Below, one piece after another: positions 29,197 to 38,584 of a stretch of DNA of 64,000 nucleotides. The notes below the pieces were generated by a model. It saw nothing but the letters and a program-made list of their open reading frames with translations, was not told where the DNA came from and did not search any database. The DNA lies in contig JABHDF010000034.1 in NCBI GenBank assembly GCA_018673175.1, positions 7,931-71,930 on the forward strand. The letters run 5' to 3'. A program made the position numbers and the translations under genes. Positions within the stretch are counted from its first letter, which is position 1, and each line of letters starts with the position of its first letter. Source of the stretch: Rhodobiaceae bacterium (GTDB taxonomy: Bacteria; Pseudomonadota; Alphaproteobacteria; RS24).

Positions 29197-32112
29197 ATGT
29201 CCAACCTGTCTTTTCAGCCCCACTTGCGTATTGTTCTCGGGCCCACCAACACTGGCAAAACCCACCTCGCGATGGAACGTCTATTGGCCCATACCAGCGG
29301 CATGATTGGCTTGCCGCTGAGGCTTCTGGCGCGCGAGGTCTATGACCGCTGCTTGCGCGGCGATTTCGGCCACGTGCATAAGGCAGATTTGGCTCTCATT
29401 ACTGGCGAAGAGAAAATTCTGCCGCCCAAAGCGCGCTATTTTATTTGCACCACCGAAGCCATGCCGATTAGCCGCGAGGTGCAATTCGTGGCGATTGATG
29501 AGTGCCAATTGGCGGCCGACCCCGAACGCGGCCATGTGTTTACCGACCGTATTTTGCATGCGCGCGGCACCTCTGAGACCATGTTATTGGGCGCCGAGAC
29601 CATGGCGCCGATTTTGCGCCAATTGCTCGGCAAAGTAGAAATTGAAAGCCGTGGCCGTTTCTCTCGCCTCAGCTGGGGCGGCAGCCATAAGTTGTCTCGC
29701 TTGCCGAGGCGCAGTGCCGTGGCGGCTTTTTCGGCCGATAATGTTTACGCCATTGCCGAGATTATTCGCCAACAGCGCGGCGGGGCCGCCGTGGTGATGG
29801 GCGGCTTGAGCCCGCGCACCCGAAACGCACAAGTCGAGATGTATCAATCGGGCGAGGTCGATTTTCTGGTCGCCACCGACGCCATTGGCATGGGGTTAAA
29901 CATGGATGTCGACCATGTGGCCTTTGCCCAAAGACGAAAATTCGATGGTCGCCGACACCGCCAATTGAGTGCCTCGGAATTGGCACAAATTGCCGGCCGC
30001 GCTGGCCGCCACACCCAAGACGGCAGCTTTGGCGTCACCGGTGATTTGGAAGCTTTTGACGAGCCGCTCATCGAGCAGATTGAGACGCATGAATTCGAGC
30101 CGGTGAAAGGCTTGTTCTGGCGCAATCCCAATCTGGATTTCTCTAGCTTGGAAGCTTTATTGTTGAGCTTAGAAAAAACCGCCCCGCGCGCCGGCCTGAT
30201 GCGCGCACCCGCTGCCGACGACCAGCAAGCCTTGAAACTTTTGAGCCGCGACCCGGATACGCTCGATTTACTGGGCGACGATAGTTTGCATAGCTCGGGC
30301 GCCAATCCGGCGTTGGAGCTTTTGTGGCAAGTCGCCCAAACCCCAGATTTTCGCAAAACCACCGTGGGCGAGCATAGCGCGCTCATCGGCGAAGTATTTG
30401 GTTTCTTGAGCGGCGAGGAGGGACAAATTCCCGAAACCTGGATTGGCGAGCGGATTGAGCGTTGCGACCGTCACGACGGGGACTTGGGAACTTTATCCAT
30501 GCGTCTGGCGCATATCCGCACTTGGACTTATATTGCCCAACGTAATGATTGGTTGGCCGACCCTGCCCATTGGCAGGGGGTCAGCCGTAGTGTAGAAGAC
30601 CGTTTATCAGATGCGCTGCATAATAAATTAATGGGGCAATTCGTAGATCGCAAAACATCCGCCCTAATGCGGCGGCTTGCCGGACGAGAGGTTATCGTGG
30701 CGAATATTGAAGACAATGGCGACATTCTAGTGGCCGAAGAATATATGGGTCGGTTGAACGGCTTGCAGGTAGAACGTGACCCGCGCCTCAAGGGCGTGCC
30801 AGCGGGAACCGCGCGCGCAGCCGTTGAAAAAGCGGTCGGCGACGCGCTTCGTGCCCGCGCCCAAGATATCGCCCAAGCCGAGGATAGCGCATTTTCGCTT
30901 ACGCCAACCGGCGAGATTATTTGGCAAACAGCTTGCGTTGGCATGCTGCAAATCAGGGCTGGGCGAGAGGGGGATAAATTGGCTTATCTTGCCCCTTGCG
31001 CGGACTTGCAAGCGGATGAGGCACTGACGGGCGATGCACGCCAACGCGCCGAGACCCGTTTGAGCGATTGGCTGCGTGCCAAGATTGGCCAAGACCTCGA
31101 GCCTTTGAAAAAACTCGAAGCGGCCCAAGACCTAGATGGTTTGGCACGTGGGCTAGCGTTTCAATTGCTGGAACATAAAGGCAGTTTAGCCCGCCGCGAT
31201 GTGGCTGATATTCTGTCTAAATTAGACCAACCGTTGCGCGGGCAACTTAGAAAACTCGGCGTGCGCTTTGGCTTTTACACGGTCTTTGTGCCAGCTCTGC
31301 TCAAGCCCGCGCCAGCCAAATTATTGGCGCTGATGAGCCTCTTGGAAAGCCAACCCAATGACCCCACACCCGTTGCAAGCGCGCCAGAGACCGCGCCGCG
31401 CGATATTGCCAAAGATTTAGCCCTCCTGCCTGCCGCGGGACTGACGTCTTGTGCGCGCGAAAAATTACCCTTCTGGCTGTATCGGGCGGCTGGTTTTTAC
31501 ACCACGAAAAACCGCGCCATTCGCCTCGATATGTTAGAGCGCTTGGCCGATCTCATTCGCCCCGCGCTGGAGCAAAGCAAGGCGCAAAAAAGCAAAGGCT
31601 TTGAAGCCACCGAAGCCATGATGTCGATCATGGGCTGCGGCGCCGAAGAGCTGGCCGAAATATTGACCGCGCTGGGCTATCAATCGCAACAGGTAGAAGA
31701 AGCCTTGCCTGCCAAATCTGGCGAGCCTGTTACCCCTGAAGCGGTTACCCCTGAAGCCTCTACTTCTGAAGCTTCGGCTCCTGAAGCTTCGGCACAGGAT
31801 AGCTCTCCTTCTGAAACGTCTGCTCCAGATGAGCGTGAGGCTGGCGCGCCAGAAACAGAACCCGAAGCCGCCAAGCTCGTGACCCTATGGCGCCCAGCCC
31901 GCACGCAGAGAAACCCGCAAAACCATGCCGGCGCAAAGCGCAAAAATGGCGCAGAGGGCGGCTCTAAAAATGGCGGAAAAAACCAATCTCGCGCGTCCAG
32001 CAAGGGCCGCGCCGGCAAACCAGCACGAGGGGAAAAGCGAGCCGAAAAGCAAGCCGACCCCAATTCCCCTTTTGCGGTTTTGAAATCTTTGCAATCGGGT
32101 GAGAATGAGTAG
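29197..32112 (+). CDS. SF2 helicase, Suv3/MgpS-like
   Basis: LGPTNTGKTH, PLRLLARE, DECQ, VATDAIGMGLN, QIAGRAGR, C-terminal DPNSPFAVL. Confidence 0.9.
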   Translation: MSNLSFQPHLRIVLGPTNTGKTHLAMERLLAHTSGMIGLPLRLLAREVYDRCLRGDFGHVHKADLALITGEEKILPPKARYFICTTEAMPISREVQFVAIDECQLAADPERGHVFTDRILHARGTSETMLLGAETMAPILRQLLGKVEIESRGRFSRLSWGGSHKLSRLPRRSAVAAFSADNVYAIAEIIRQQRGGAAVVMGGLSPRTRNAQVEMYQSGEVDFLVATDAIGMGLNMDVDHVAFAQRRKFDGRRHRQLSASELAQIAGRAGRHTQDGSFGVTGDLEAFDEPLIEQIETHEFEPVKGLFWRNPNLDFSSLEALLLSLEKTAPRAGLMRAPAADDQQALKLLSRDPDTLDLLGDDSLHSSGANPALELLWQVAQTPDFRKTTVGEHSALIGEVFGFLSGEEGQIPETWIGERIERCDRHDGDLGTLSMRLAHIRTWTYIAQRNDWLADPAHWQGVSRSVEDRLSDALHNKLMGQFVDRKTSALMRRLAGREVIVANIEDNGDILVAEEYMGRLNGLQVERDPRLKGVPAGTARAAVEKAVGDALRARAQDIAQAEDSAFSLTPTGEIIWQTACVGMLQIRAGREGDKLAYLAPCADLQADEALTGDARQRAETRLSDWLRAKIGQDLEPLKKLEAAQDLDGLARGLAFQLLEHKGSLARRDVADILSKLDQPLRGQLRKLGVRFGFYTVFVPALLKPAPAKLLALMSLLESQPNDPTPVASAPETAPRDIAKDLALLPAAGLTSCAREKLPFWLYRAAGFYTTKNRAIRLDMLERLADLIRPALEQSKAQKSKGFEATEAMMSIMGCGAEELAEILTALGYQSQQVEEALPAKSGEPVTPEAVTPEASTSEASAPEASAQDSSPSETSAPDEREAGAPETEPEAAKLVTLWRPARTQRNPQNHAGAKRKNGAEGGSKNGGKNQSRASSKGRAGKPARGEKRAEKQADPNSPFAVLKSLQSGENE
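31729..31788 (+). repeat. in-frame 15-bp tandem repeat (x4, degenerate) in the helicase C-terminal linker
   Basis: gttacccctgaagcg gttacccctgaagcc tctacttctgaagct tcggctcctgaagct = VTPEA VTPEA STSEA SAPEA. Confidence 0.85.
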
Positions 32113-32506
32113 CGCGCCCAAAAAGCCGCTTCCCCAATCCATGCGAGTCGATAAATGGCTCTGGCATGCACGGTTTTTCAAAACCCGTACTTTGGCCACC
32201 AAATTGGCCGCGGCGGGAAATGTGCGCGTCAATGGCGTCAAACAAACCCGCGCCTCGGCCAATGTGAAGGCGGGCGATGTGTTGACCTTTCCTTTGAATA
32301 AATATGTCCGCCTCATCGAAGTGGCAAGCCTAAGCGTGCGGCGTGGGCCTGCCGTGGAAGCCCAAGCCCTTTATATCGATCGCGATCCGCCCCAGCCCAA
32401 ACCCAAAGAAGAAAAGGTCGCCTCGCGCGAGCACGGCACAGGACGCCCAACCAAAAAGCAACGCCGCGAGCAAGCCGCCTTCACGGGCCGCAGCGATATT
32501 GGCTAA
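32105..32506 (+). CDS. hslR: ribosome-associated heat shock protein Hsp15 (S4 domain)
   Basis: RVDKWLWHARFFKTRTLA, RRGPA.EAQALY, GRPTKKQRR. Confidence 0.9.
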   Translation: MSSAPKKPLPQSMRVDKWLWHARFFKTRTLATKLAAAGNVRVNGVKQTRASANVKAGDVLTFPLNKYVRLIEVASLSVRRGPAVEAQALYIDRDPPQPKPKEEKVASREHGTGRPTKKQRREQAAFTGRSDIG

Positions 32507-32605
32507 GCGCGACTTTCGAGACACCCTGCGACCAAAACAGGCATTGCATAGGCGCCCCTGCCGCGTTAGGTAACAGCTAAGTTAGAAATTAGATAAGAGT
32601 TACCC

Positions 32606-33058
32606 ATGCTGGATAAATTGAAAAACATGTTTGCCGAACCCGTCGCCCCCAGTGCGCCGCCGCGTTCGGACGAATTACACATCGCAGCCGCTGCCCTTTT
32701 GGTGCGCGCCGCACAAATTGATGGCCATATGGACGAGGGCGAAGAAAAACTCATCGCCCGTTTGGTTGGGCCGCATTTCGGCCTGGATGCGGCAGGGGCT
32801 GCCACGTTGATAGAGGACGCCAAAGCGGCTGCCAATGACGCCAGCGATTTGTTTCAGTTTACCGTGCGTATCAATAAACATTTTGAACAGCCGCATAAAA
32901 TCATGCTGCTTGAATTGCTATGGCAAATTGTTTTGAGCGATGGCGTGGTCGATGATTTTGAAGCGAACTTGCTTCGTCGCGTTGCAGGGCTTATACACAT
33001 CACCGACCAACAAGCTGGCCAGGCACGCAAAAACGCGCAAAGCCAACTGACTTCGTAA
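32606..33058 (+). CDS. TerB-like domain protein
   Basis: AAAALLV.AAQIDG....E, DLFQFT..IN, LW.IV.SDG.VDDFE.NLLRRVA.L. Confidence 0.82.
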   Translation: MLDKLKNMFAEPVAPSAPPRSDELHIAAAALLVRAAQIDGHMDEGEEKLIARLVGPHFGLDAAGAATLIEDAKAAANDASDLFQFTVRINKHFEQPHKIMLLELLWQIVLSDGVVDDFEANLLRRVAGLIHITDQQAGQARKNAQSQLTS

Positions 33059-33084
33059 AGACCGAATTTTTTACAGGAAGCCTT

Positions 33085-33423
33085 ATGACTTATATCGTCA
33101 CGGAAGATTGCATCAAATGTAAATACACCGACTGCGTGGAAGTTTGCCCCGTCGATTGTTTTTATGAAGGCGATAACATGCTCGTCATTCACCCTGACGA
33201 ATGCATTGATTGCGGCGTGTGCGAACCCGAATGCCCGGCCGATGCGATTAAGGCCGATACCGAATCGGGCCTCGAGAAATGGCTCGAAGTGAACACGAAA
33301 TACGCCGACATTTGGCCCAATATCACGCTGCGCAAAGACGCGCCAAGCGACGCCGATGATTGGCTGAACAAACCGAATAAATTTGCCAATGAGTTCAGCG
33401 AAGCGCCCGGCGCAGGCGACTAA
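33085..33423 (+). CDS. fdxA: 7Fe ferredoxin
   Basis: [29 protein letters not shown]...[12 protein letters not shown]. Confidence 0.96.
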   Translation: MTYIVTEDCIKCKYTDCVEVCPVDCFYEGDNMLVIHPDECIDCGVCEPECPADAIKADTESGLEKWLEVNTKYADIWPNITLRKDAPSDADDWLNKPNKFANEFSEAPGAGD

Positions 33424-33457
33424 AGCCACACCTTGCCTGGCAACAAGTGCCAAGCAG

Positions 33458-33486
33458 TTGGATTTCTTGCCATTTTGTGATATACT
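33458..33486 (+). promoter_or_regulatory. putative sigma70 promoter of carD with extended -10
   Basis: TTGGAT-N17-TATACT, with TG immediately upstream of the -10. Confidence 0.55.
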
Positions 33487-33509
33487 CTTCTCTAGACGTT
33501 AACACATAG

Positions 33510-33536
33510 AAAAAGGCGCCATTTCGGGGCCTTTTT
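33510..33536 (+). terminator. terminator-like hairpin just upstream of the carD RBS
   Basis: AAAAAGGCgCC-atttc-GGgGCCTTTTT, one mismatch, T-tract follows. Confidence 0.4.
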
Positions 33537-33552
33537 GCATTTGGAGACCACC

Positions 33553-34347
33553 ATGGCCACTGCGAAAAAACCTGCTGCAAAAAAGCCAGCTGCTAAAAAA
33601 CCTGCTGCGAAAAAGCCCGCGGCAAAGAAACCAGCCACGAAAAAGCCTGTCGCCAAAAAGCCAGCTGCCACGCCGGCCGCTGCAAAGAAAGCGGCGCCTA
33701 AGGCCAGCGCCAAAAAGGCCGCGCCAAAAGCTAGCCCGAAAAAACCTGCGGCTTCCAAATCCGCCCCGAAGGCAACCGCCAAAAAGAAGCCAGCCAAACC
33801 AGAGGCGCCACGGCGCTCGGCGCTCGGCTTTAAAGTAAACGAATTTGTTGTCTACCCCGCGCATGGCGTTGGGCAGATTACCGAGATTGCGGTGCAAGAG
33901 ATTGCCGGCATGAGCTTGGATTTATTCGTCGTGAGCTTCGACAAAGAGAAAATGGTTCTGCGCGTGCCGCTGGCCAAAGCCAAAGAAATTGGCATGCGCA
34001 AACTCGCCGATGCCAAAGTGATGGATGGCGCCATTAAAACTCTAAAAGGGCGGGCGCGGGTAAAACGCACCATGTGGAGCCGACGCGCACAAGAATATGA
34101 AGCCAAAATTAATTCCGGCGATTTAGTGGCCATCACCGAAGTGGTGCGCGATTTATTCCGCAATGAAAACCAGCCCGAGCAGTCTTATTCGGAACGCCAG
34201 CTCTATGAAAAAGCCATTGAACGCATGGCGCGCGAAGTGGCCACGGTAGAAAAAACCACGGATGATGAGGCGATTATTAAGCTAGAAGGCATTCTGGCCA
34301 AAACCACGGGCGGCGCGCGGCGCCAACCTGGCGTCGACCCGACTTAA
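33553..34347 (+). CDS. carD: CarD/CdnL family RNA polymerase-binding factor with Lys/Ala/Pro-rich N-terminal extension
   Basis: VVYPAHGVG, LRVP, RTMWSRRAQEYEAKINSG, EVVRDL, QSYSERQLYE; GGAG RBS before ATG 33553. Confidence 0.94.
   Translation: MATAKKPAAKKPAAKKPAAKKPAAKKPATKKPVAKKPAATPAAAKKAAPKASAKKAAPKASPKKPAASKSAPKATAKKKPAKPEAPRRSALGFKVNEFVVYPAHGVGQITEIAVQEIAGMSLDLFVVSFDKEKMVLRVPLAKAKEIGMRKLADAKVMDGAIKTLKGRARVKRTMWSRRAQEYEAKINSGDLVAITEVVRDLFRNENQPEQSYSERQLYEKAIERMAREVATVEKTTDDEAIIKLEGILAKTTGGARRQPGVDPT
33565..33669 (+). repeat. seven KKPAA-type pentapeptide repeats with diverged synonymous codons
   Basis: KKPAA x4, KKPAT, KKPVA, KKPAA. Confidence 0.9.
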
Positions 34348-34422
34348 TCCGCCTGCGGGAATAATTTATTTTTAAGTGAACCAATTGAGTGGCCGCCGCG
34401 TATCTTTAATAGGAGATACATT

Positions 34423-35316
34423 ATGGCTCATTTGGATACACAAGAAACCGTTCAAGCTGGACGCAAATTCATCAAGAAGGCAATGAAGTTGCCGATGCTC
34501 GAATTAGAGCATGAACAACATCTGGCCCGCAGTTGGCGCGATAAAAGCGATGAAAACGCTTTGCACGAGCTGACCGCTGCCCATGTGCGCTTGGTCGTGG
34601 CGATTGCCGCGAAGTTTCGCAACTATGGCCTGCCGATGGGCGATTTGGTGCAAGAAGGCAATATTGGCCTGATGCAAGCCGCCAACCGCTTTGACCCCGA
34701 CAGAGAAGTGCGTTTCTCTACCTATGCCGGTTGGTGGATCCGCTCTTCCATTCAAGATTACGTACTTCGAAATTGGTCGATTGTGCGCACCGGAACCACG
34801 GCAGCGCAAAAATCTTTATTCTTTAATATGCGCCGCCTGCGCGCGCGCATTAACGACATTGGCGCCAATATGACCCATGAAAGCCGCACCTATGTGGCCA
34901 ATGAGTTGGGCGTGCGCATGGAAGATGTGCTGAATATGGAAGGCCGTATGGAAGGCAGCGATCGCTCCTTGAACGCGACGATTTCAGATCGCTCCGACGA
35001 TGGCGGTGCCACCGAATGGCAAGAACTATTGGTATGCGATCGCGACCTGCCCGACACCGAAGTTTCGGATAAGTTAGACACCCAACAGCGCGTCAATTGG
35101 ATTGGCGAGGCGATGGAAGATTTGAACGAGCGCGAAGCCACGATTATTCGCGCCCGCCGCCTAACCGAAACCACCGTGACGCTGGAGTGTCTCGGCAAAC
35201 AATTGGGCATTTCGAAAGAACGCGTGCGCCAGATTGAACATGAAGCCTTGCAAAAATTGCGCGGTTCGCTGATTGCCAAAACCAATGGCGACCCGCATCA
35301 GGCAGGTTTGATTTAA
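34423..35316 (+). CDS. rpoH: RNA polymerase sigma-32 factor (RpoH2-like)
   Basis: DLVQEGNIGLMQAA.RFDP, RFSTYA.WWI, RpoH box QKSLFFNMR, ISKERVRQIE. Confidence 0.93.
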   Translation: MAHLDTQETVQAGRKFIKKAMKLPMLELEHEQHLARSWRDKSDENALHELTAAHVRLVVAIAAKFRNYGLPMGDLVQEGNIGLMQAANRFDPDREVRFSTYAGWWIRSSIQDYVLRNWSIVRTGTTAAQKSLFFNMRRLRARINDIGANMTHESRTYVANELGVRMEDVLNMEGRMEGSDRSLNATISDRSDDGGATEWQELLVCDRDLPDTEVSDKLDTQQRVNWIGEAMEDLNEREATIIRARRLTETTVTLECLGKQLGISKERVRQIEHEALQKLRGSLIAKTNGDPHQAGLI

Positions 35317-35369
35317 CGCCAGCCTAACGCTTGTCGAAAACCGCTTACGGGGCTAGTTTGAAAAGCATG

Positions 35370-35446
35370 GGTCCCGTAGCTCAGTCGGATAGAGCACCAG
35401 ATTCCTAATCTGGGGGTCGGTAGTTCGAATCTACCCGGGATCACCA
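35370..35446 (+). tRNA. tRNA-Arg(CCT)
   Basis: GGTCCCG/CGGGATC acceptor stem, anticodon arm CCAGA-TTCCTAA-TCTGG, TTCGAAT T-loop, encoded CCA. Confidence 0.97.
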
Positions 35447-35462
35447 TTTACCTGGCAAAGGG

Positions 35463-35969
35463 TTAGAAACGATAAATCGTGCCGAAGCTCAGGCGATCCG
35501 TTTCAGCGCCATCGAGGTCTGTCTCGACATATTCAAAGCGTAAGGACGCATTATAATTCAGCGTGAAATCAGCGCCGAAACCATAAATCGCGCCGGTTTT
35601 TTCTTCATCATAGCTATCGCCCCCACCCATGACTTTGCCATCGCCGCGAGCGATGCCAAGGCGTAAAAACGGCTCAAAGCCTTCCCCGGGTGAGCGTAAT
35701 ACACCCGAGAGCGCCACAACCGAAGCTTGGCTGTCACGGCCATTGGTCTCGACATCGGCGAGAGAGGTATAGCTAAATTCTACGGCCAAAAGCGGGTCGA
35801 ATTGACCGCCAGCAAAAAACGTCAGGCCTTGGCTTTCGATATCAGCGCCGGTGTCTTCGTAGGAAGTAAAGCCAGCGCTCAATCCGATGTAATTTTGTGC
35901 CAGTACCGGGGCGCTTGAAAAGGCAACAAAAGCGGCAATGAATGCCGTGGCGGTCAAAAATTTCTGCAC
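35463..35969 (-). CDS. small outer-membrane beta-barrel protein (OmpA-like membrane domain)
   Basis: Signal peptide, alternating beta strands, YGFGADF...LRFEY, terminal YRF; GTG start with AGGAG. Confidence 0.82.
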   Translation of the reverse strand: MQKFLTATAFIAAFVAFSSAPVLAQNYIGLSAGFTSYEDTGADIESQGLTFFAGGQFDPLLAVEFSYTSLADVETNGRDSQASVVALSGVLRSPGEGFEPFLRLGIARGDGKVMGGGDSYDEEKTGAIYGFGADFTLNYNASLRFEYVETDLDGAETDRLSFGTIYRF

Positions 35970-36119
35970 AAACTCTCCTAAACATAAGTTGTTAACCGTG
36001 ACTTTGGGCTGATGCGGCCAAAAAATCTACTGGCAATTTACTCGCACCCTCGTATTCGTCGCGTGAGGGTCCGAATTGGAAACCAGAGTTCGAGGACAAA
36101 GTTGGGCGCACGAGAGCCG

Positions 36120-36148
36120 TTGGACACCAGCCAAGACTACTCTATATT
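36120..36148 (+). promoter_or_regulatory. putative promoter giving a leaderless mRNA
   Basis: TTGGAC-N17-TATATT, 7 nt before ATG 36156, no Shine-Dalgarno. Confidence 0.55.
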
Positions 36149-36155
36149 GTTTTTC

Positions 36156-36803
36156 ATGACTGATACGCAATTCGACCAAAAACCTCAAAATATCAAAAAT
36201 TCAGGGCCATCCAAAAGCGGCGGCCCGCCCATCTTGTCTTGCTATGATGATTTAGCGGCGTCGTGCGCCTATGGCTGGTCGATGTTGGAACGCGGCGTGA
36301 AAGATAGAAAAAGCCCGTTTCATACCCCCAGCGTCGCGACGATAACCGCGAATGGCGGCCCGACTATTCGCACGATTGTGTTGCGCGGCTGCGACGTCCA
36401 AGCCCGCACTTTGCGCTTTCACACCGATACCCGCTCGGGAAAAATCGCCGAGCTTCAAGCCAACCCCCAAGGCGCCATGCATTTTTATGACGCAGGCACC
36501 AAAGTGCAATTGCGCTTGGGCGTGCGCCTGGAAATGCTGACTGGCCCAGACTATGACGCCGCTTGGGAAGCCACACGACCGATGAGCCGAGAATGCTATC
36601 AAGTCACCCAAGGCCCGGGCAGCCGCATCAGCGACCCCCAAGACGTCGACTTTGACGCCCAAGCGACCCAAGACGGAGAAGCCCATTTCGTGCCCGTGCG
36701 GGCGCAGGTTGAAACCATGGAATGGCTCTATTTAGCCGCGCGTGGCCACCGCCGAGCTTTGTTCGACTTTACCCAAAACACTATGGATTGGCTGGTTCCT
36801 TAA
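36156..36803 (+). CDS. pyridoxamine 5'-phosphate oxidase-related FMN-binding protein
   Basis: FHTP.VAT, RTIVLRG, LRFHTD.RS.K, QLR, WLYL...GHRRA, WLVP. Confidence 0.82.
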   Translation: MTDTQFDQKPQNIKNSGPSKSGGPPILSCYDDLAASCAYGWSMLERGVKDRKSPFHTPSVATITANGGPTIRTIVLRGCDVQARTLRFHTDTRSGKIAELQANPQGAMHFYDAGTKVQLRLGVRLEMLTGPDYDAAWEATRPMSRECYQVTQGPGSRISDPQDVDFDAQATQDGEAHFVPVRAQVETMEWLYLAARGHRRALFDFTQNTMDWLVP

Positions 36804-36887
36804 GCCCTTTGGCTTGCGACAGCATGGCGCTTGGCACGGGTAGATAAAAACCCTATATCGAAGTTATCGTTTCAACGGAGATATCAA

Positions 36888-37265
36888 ATGCGTGCTATTT
36901 TTCTTACCCTGATGACCGTCACTTTTCTAAGCACACCCGCCCAAGCCGGCGATGCTGCGAAAGGCGAGAAGACTTATCGAAAATGTGCCTCTTGTCACAT
37001 GATTGGCCCGAAAGCCAAAAATCGTGTGGGGCCCCAGCTAAACGGTATTTTGGGGCGCGAGATTGCCGCCATCGCTGGTTATAAATATTCCAAAGGCATG
37101 CTGGCCTATGCGGCAGACCAAAAGGTTTGGAATGAAGAAAACCTAGCTGCCTATTTGACGTCGCCACGCAAAGTGGTGAAAGGCACCCGCATGTCGTTTG
37201 CTGGCCTGCGCAAACAAACAGACCGCGACAACATCATTGCCTATTTGAAAAAAGCCGCAAAATAG
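36888..37265 (+). CDS. class I cytochrome c (cytochrome c2 family)
   Basis: Signal peptide, CASCH heme motif, VGPQLNG, P.K.VKGTRMSFAGL; GGAG RBS. Confidence 0.93.
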   Translation: MRAIFLTLMTVTFLSTPAQAGDAAKGEKTYRKCASCHMIGPKAKNRVGPQLNGILGREIAAIAGYKYSKGMLAYAADQKVWNEENLAAYLTSPRKVVKGTRMSFAGLRKQTDRDNIIAYLKKAAK

Positions 37266-37289
37266 CCCGCGAGCTAAAAGACAAAAAAT

Positions 37290-37319
37290 AAGGGCCGCTT
37301 CGGCAACGAAGCGGCCCTT
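37290..37319. terminator. intrinsic terminator between convergent genes, probably bidirectional
   Basis: Perfect 13-bp stem AAGGGCCGCTTCG-GCAA-CGAAGCGGCCCTT, A-tract on the left and T-rich on the right. Confidence 0.88.
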
Positions 37320-37345
37320 GTTGTTTCAAATTGGTTTCGCCAGGC

Positions 37346-38512
37346 TTATTTTACCCGCTCCAAAATAGACAAGTAATTGGCAACGGCTGCGCCGCCCATA
37401 TTAAAAATACCCGCCAATTTAGCGTCTTTAACCTGCATCTCATCGGCTTCGTTCATCAACTGACGTGCCGCCATCACATGCATGGAAACGCCCGTGGCAC
37501 CCACAGGGTGGCCTTTGGCTTTCAAGCCGCCCGATGGATTAACCGGCAATTTACCGTCTTTATAAACCGTGCCATCGGCCAAAACCTCGGCGCCTTTACC
37601 CGGTGCCGCAAGCCCCATGGCTTCATATTGAATAAGCTCCGCAATGGTGAAGCAGTCATGGGTCTCCACCAAAGACAGATCGTCAAGCGTTACGCCCGCT
37701 TCTTCCAAGCCTTTGGCCCAAGCTGTTTTGGGGCCATCGAAAGCGGTGACGTCGCGCTTGCTCATCGGCAAAAAGTCATTGGCTTGTGTCCGCGCACGAA
37801 ACGCGATGGCTTTATCATGGCTTTGCGCGGTTTCTTCGTCCGTCAGAATAATGGCGGCGGCGCCATCTGAAATCATCGAGCAATCGGTGCGTTTCAAAGG
37901 TCCGGCCACGATTGGGTTTTTGTCGCTTTCGGCACGGCAAAAATCAAAACCGAAATCTTTTTGCATATGGGCCAGTGGGTTCACCGAACCATTTTTATGG
38001 TTCTTGGCCGCAATATGAGCCAGCGCATCGCTTTGGTCGCCATATTTTTGGAAATATTTTCCAGCCACAACGCCAAAAATACCTGGGAAGGTAAGACCTT
38101 GGTCGCCCTCCTCTGGCATATAGCTGGCACGAGACAGACAGCGACCAACATCGCCGCTCGACAGATGGGTCATTTTTTCAACGCCAATTGCCAGCACGCG
38201 GCGCGCACGCCCCGCTTCAATGGCATTGGCCGCCTGAAACACAGCCGCCGAACCTGACCCGCAAGCATTTTCAACCCGAGTGGAGGGCGTAAACCGAAAC
38301 GCATCTGAAACTTGCAAAGCCAACGACGAAATAAAGTCTTGCTCTGACATGCCCGCGTTGAACGTCGCGACATAAATCGCATCAATGTCCTCGGCCCCCA
38401 CGCCTGCATCGGCCATCGCCTCATTGGCGGCCGCAACCAGCAAGTCTTCTAAGCCTTGATCTTCTAATTTTCCAAATTTCGTGTGGCCCCAGCCAACGAT
38501 GCATACAGACAT
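37346..38512 (-). CDS. acetyl-CoA acetyltransferase (SCP-x-type thiolase)
   Basis: RVENACGSGS, KNH.NG..NPLAH, DCS.ISDGAAA, ETHDCFT, GHPVGATG, FNMGG. Confidence 0.92.
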   Translation of the reverse strand: MSVCIVGWGHTKFGKLEDQGLEDLLVAAANEAMADAGVGAEDIDAIYVATFNAGMSEQDFISSLALQVSDAFRFTPSTRVENACGSGSAAVFQAANAIEAGRARRVLAIGVEKMTHLSSGDVGRCLSRASYMPEEGDQGLTFPGIFGVVAGKYFQKYGDQSDALAHIAAKNHKNGSVNPLAHMQKDFGFDFCRAESDKNPIVAGPLKRTDCSMISDGAAAIILTDEETAQSHDKAIAFRARTQANDFLPMSKRDVTAFDGPKTAWAKGLEEAGVTLDDLSLVETHDCFTIAELIQYEAMGLAAPGKGAEVLADGTVYKDGKLPVNPSGGLKAKGHPVGATGVSMHVMAARQLMNEADEMQVKDAKLAGIFNMGGAAVANYLSILERVK

Positions 38513-38584
38513 GTGTTTCTCCTCAAATGAACGTGGTGCAAATTGGCCGATGCGGGGCTAGTTTGTCAAGCCTTGCCGGCATCG

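Noticed and set aside
33492-33897. Hydrophobic AAGFF-repeat ORFs on the minus strand
   Set aside because: They are the antisense reading of the KKPAA repeats of carD.
36042-36074. Hairpin TCGcACCCTC...GAGGGTcCGA between the divergent OMP and PNPOx-like genes as a riboswitch or tRNA remnant
   Set aside because: No recognisable riboswitch consensus and no match to either tRNA 3' end; a single hairpin is insufficient.
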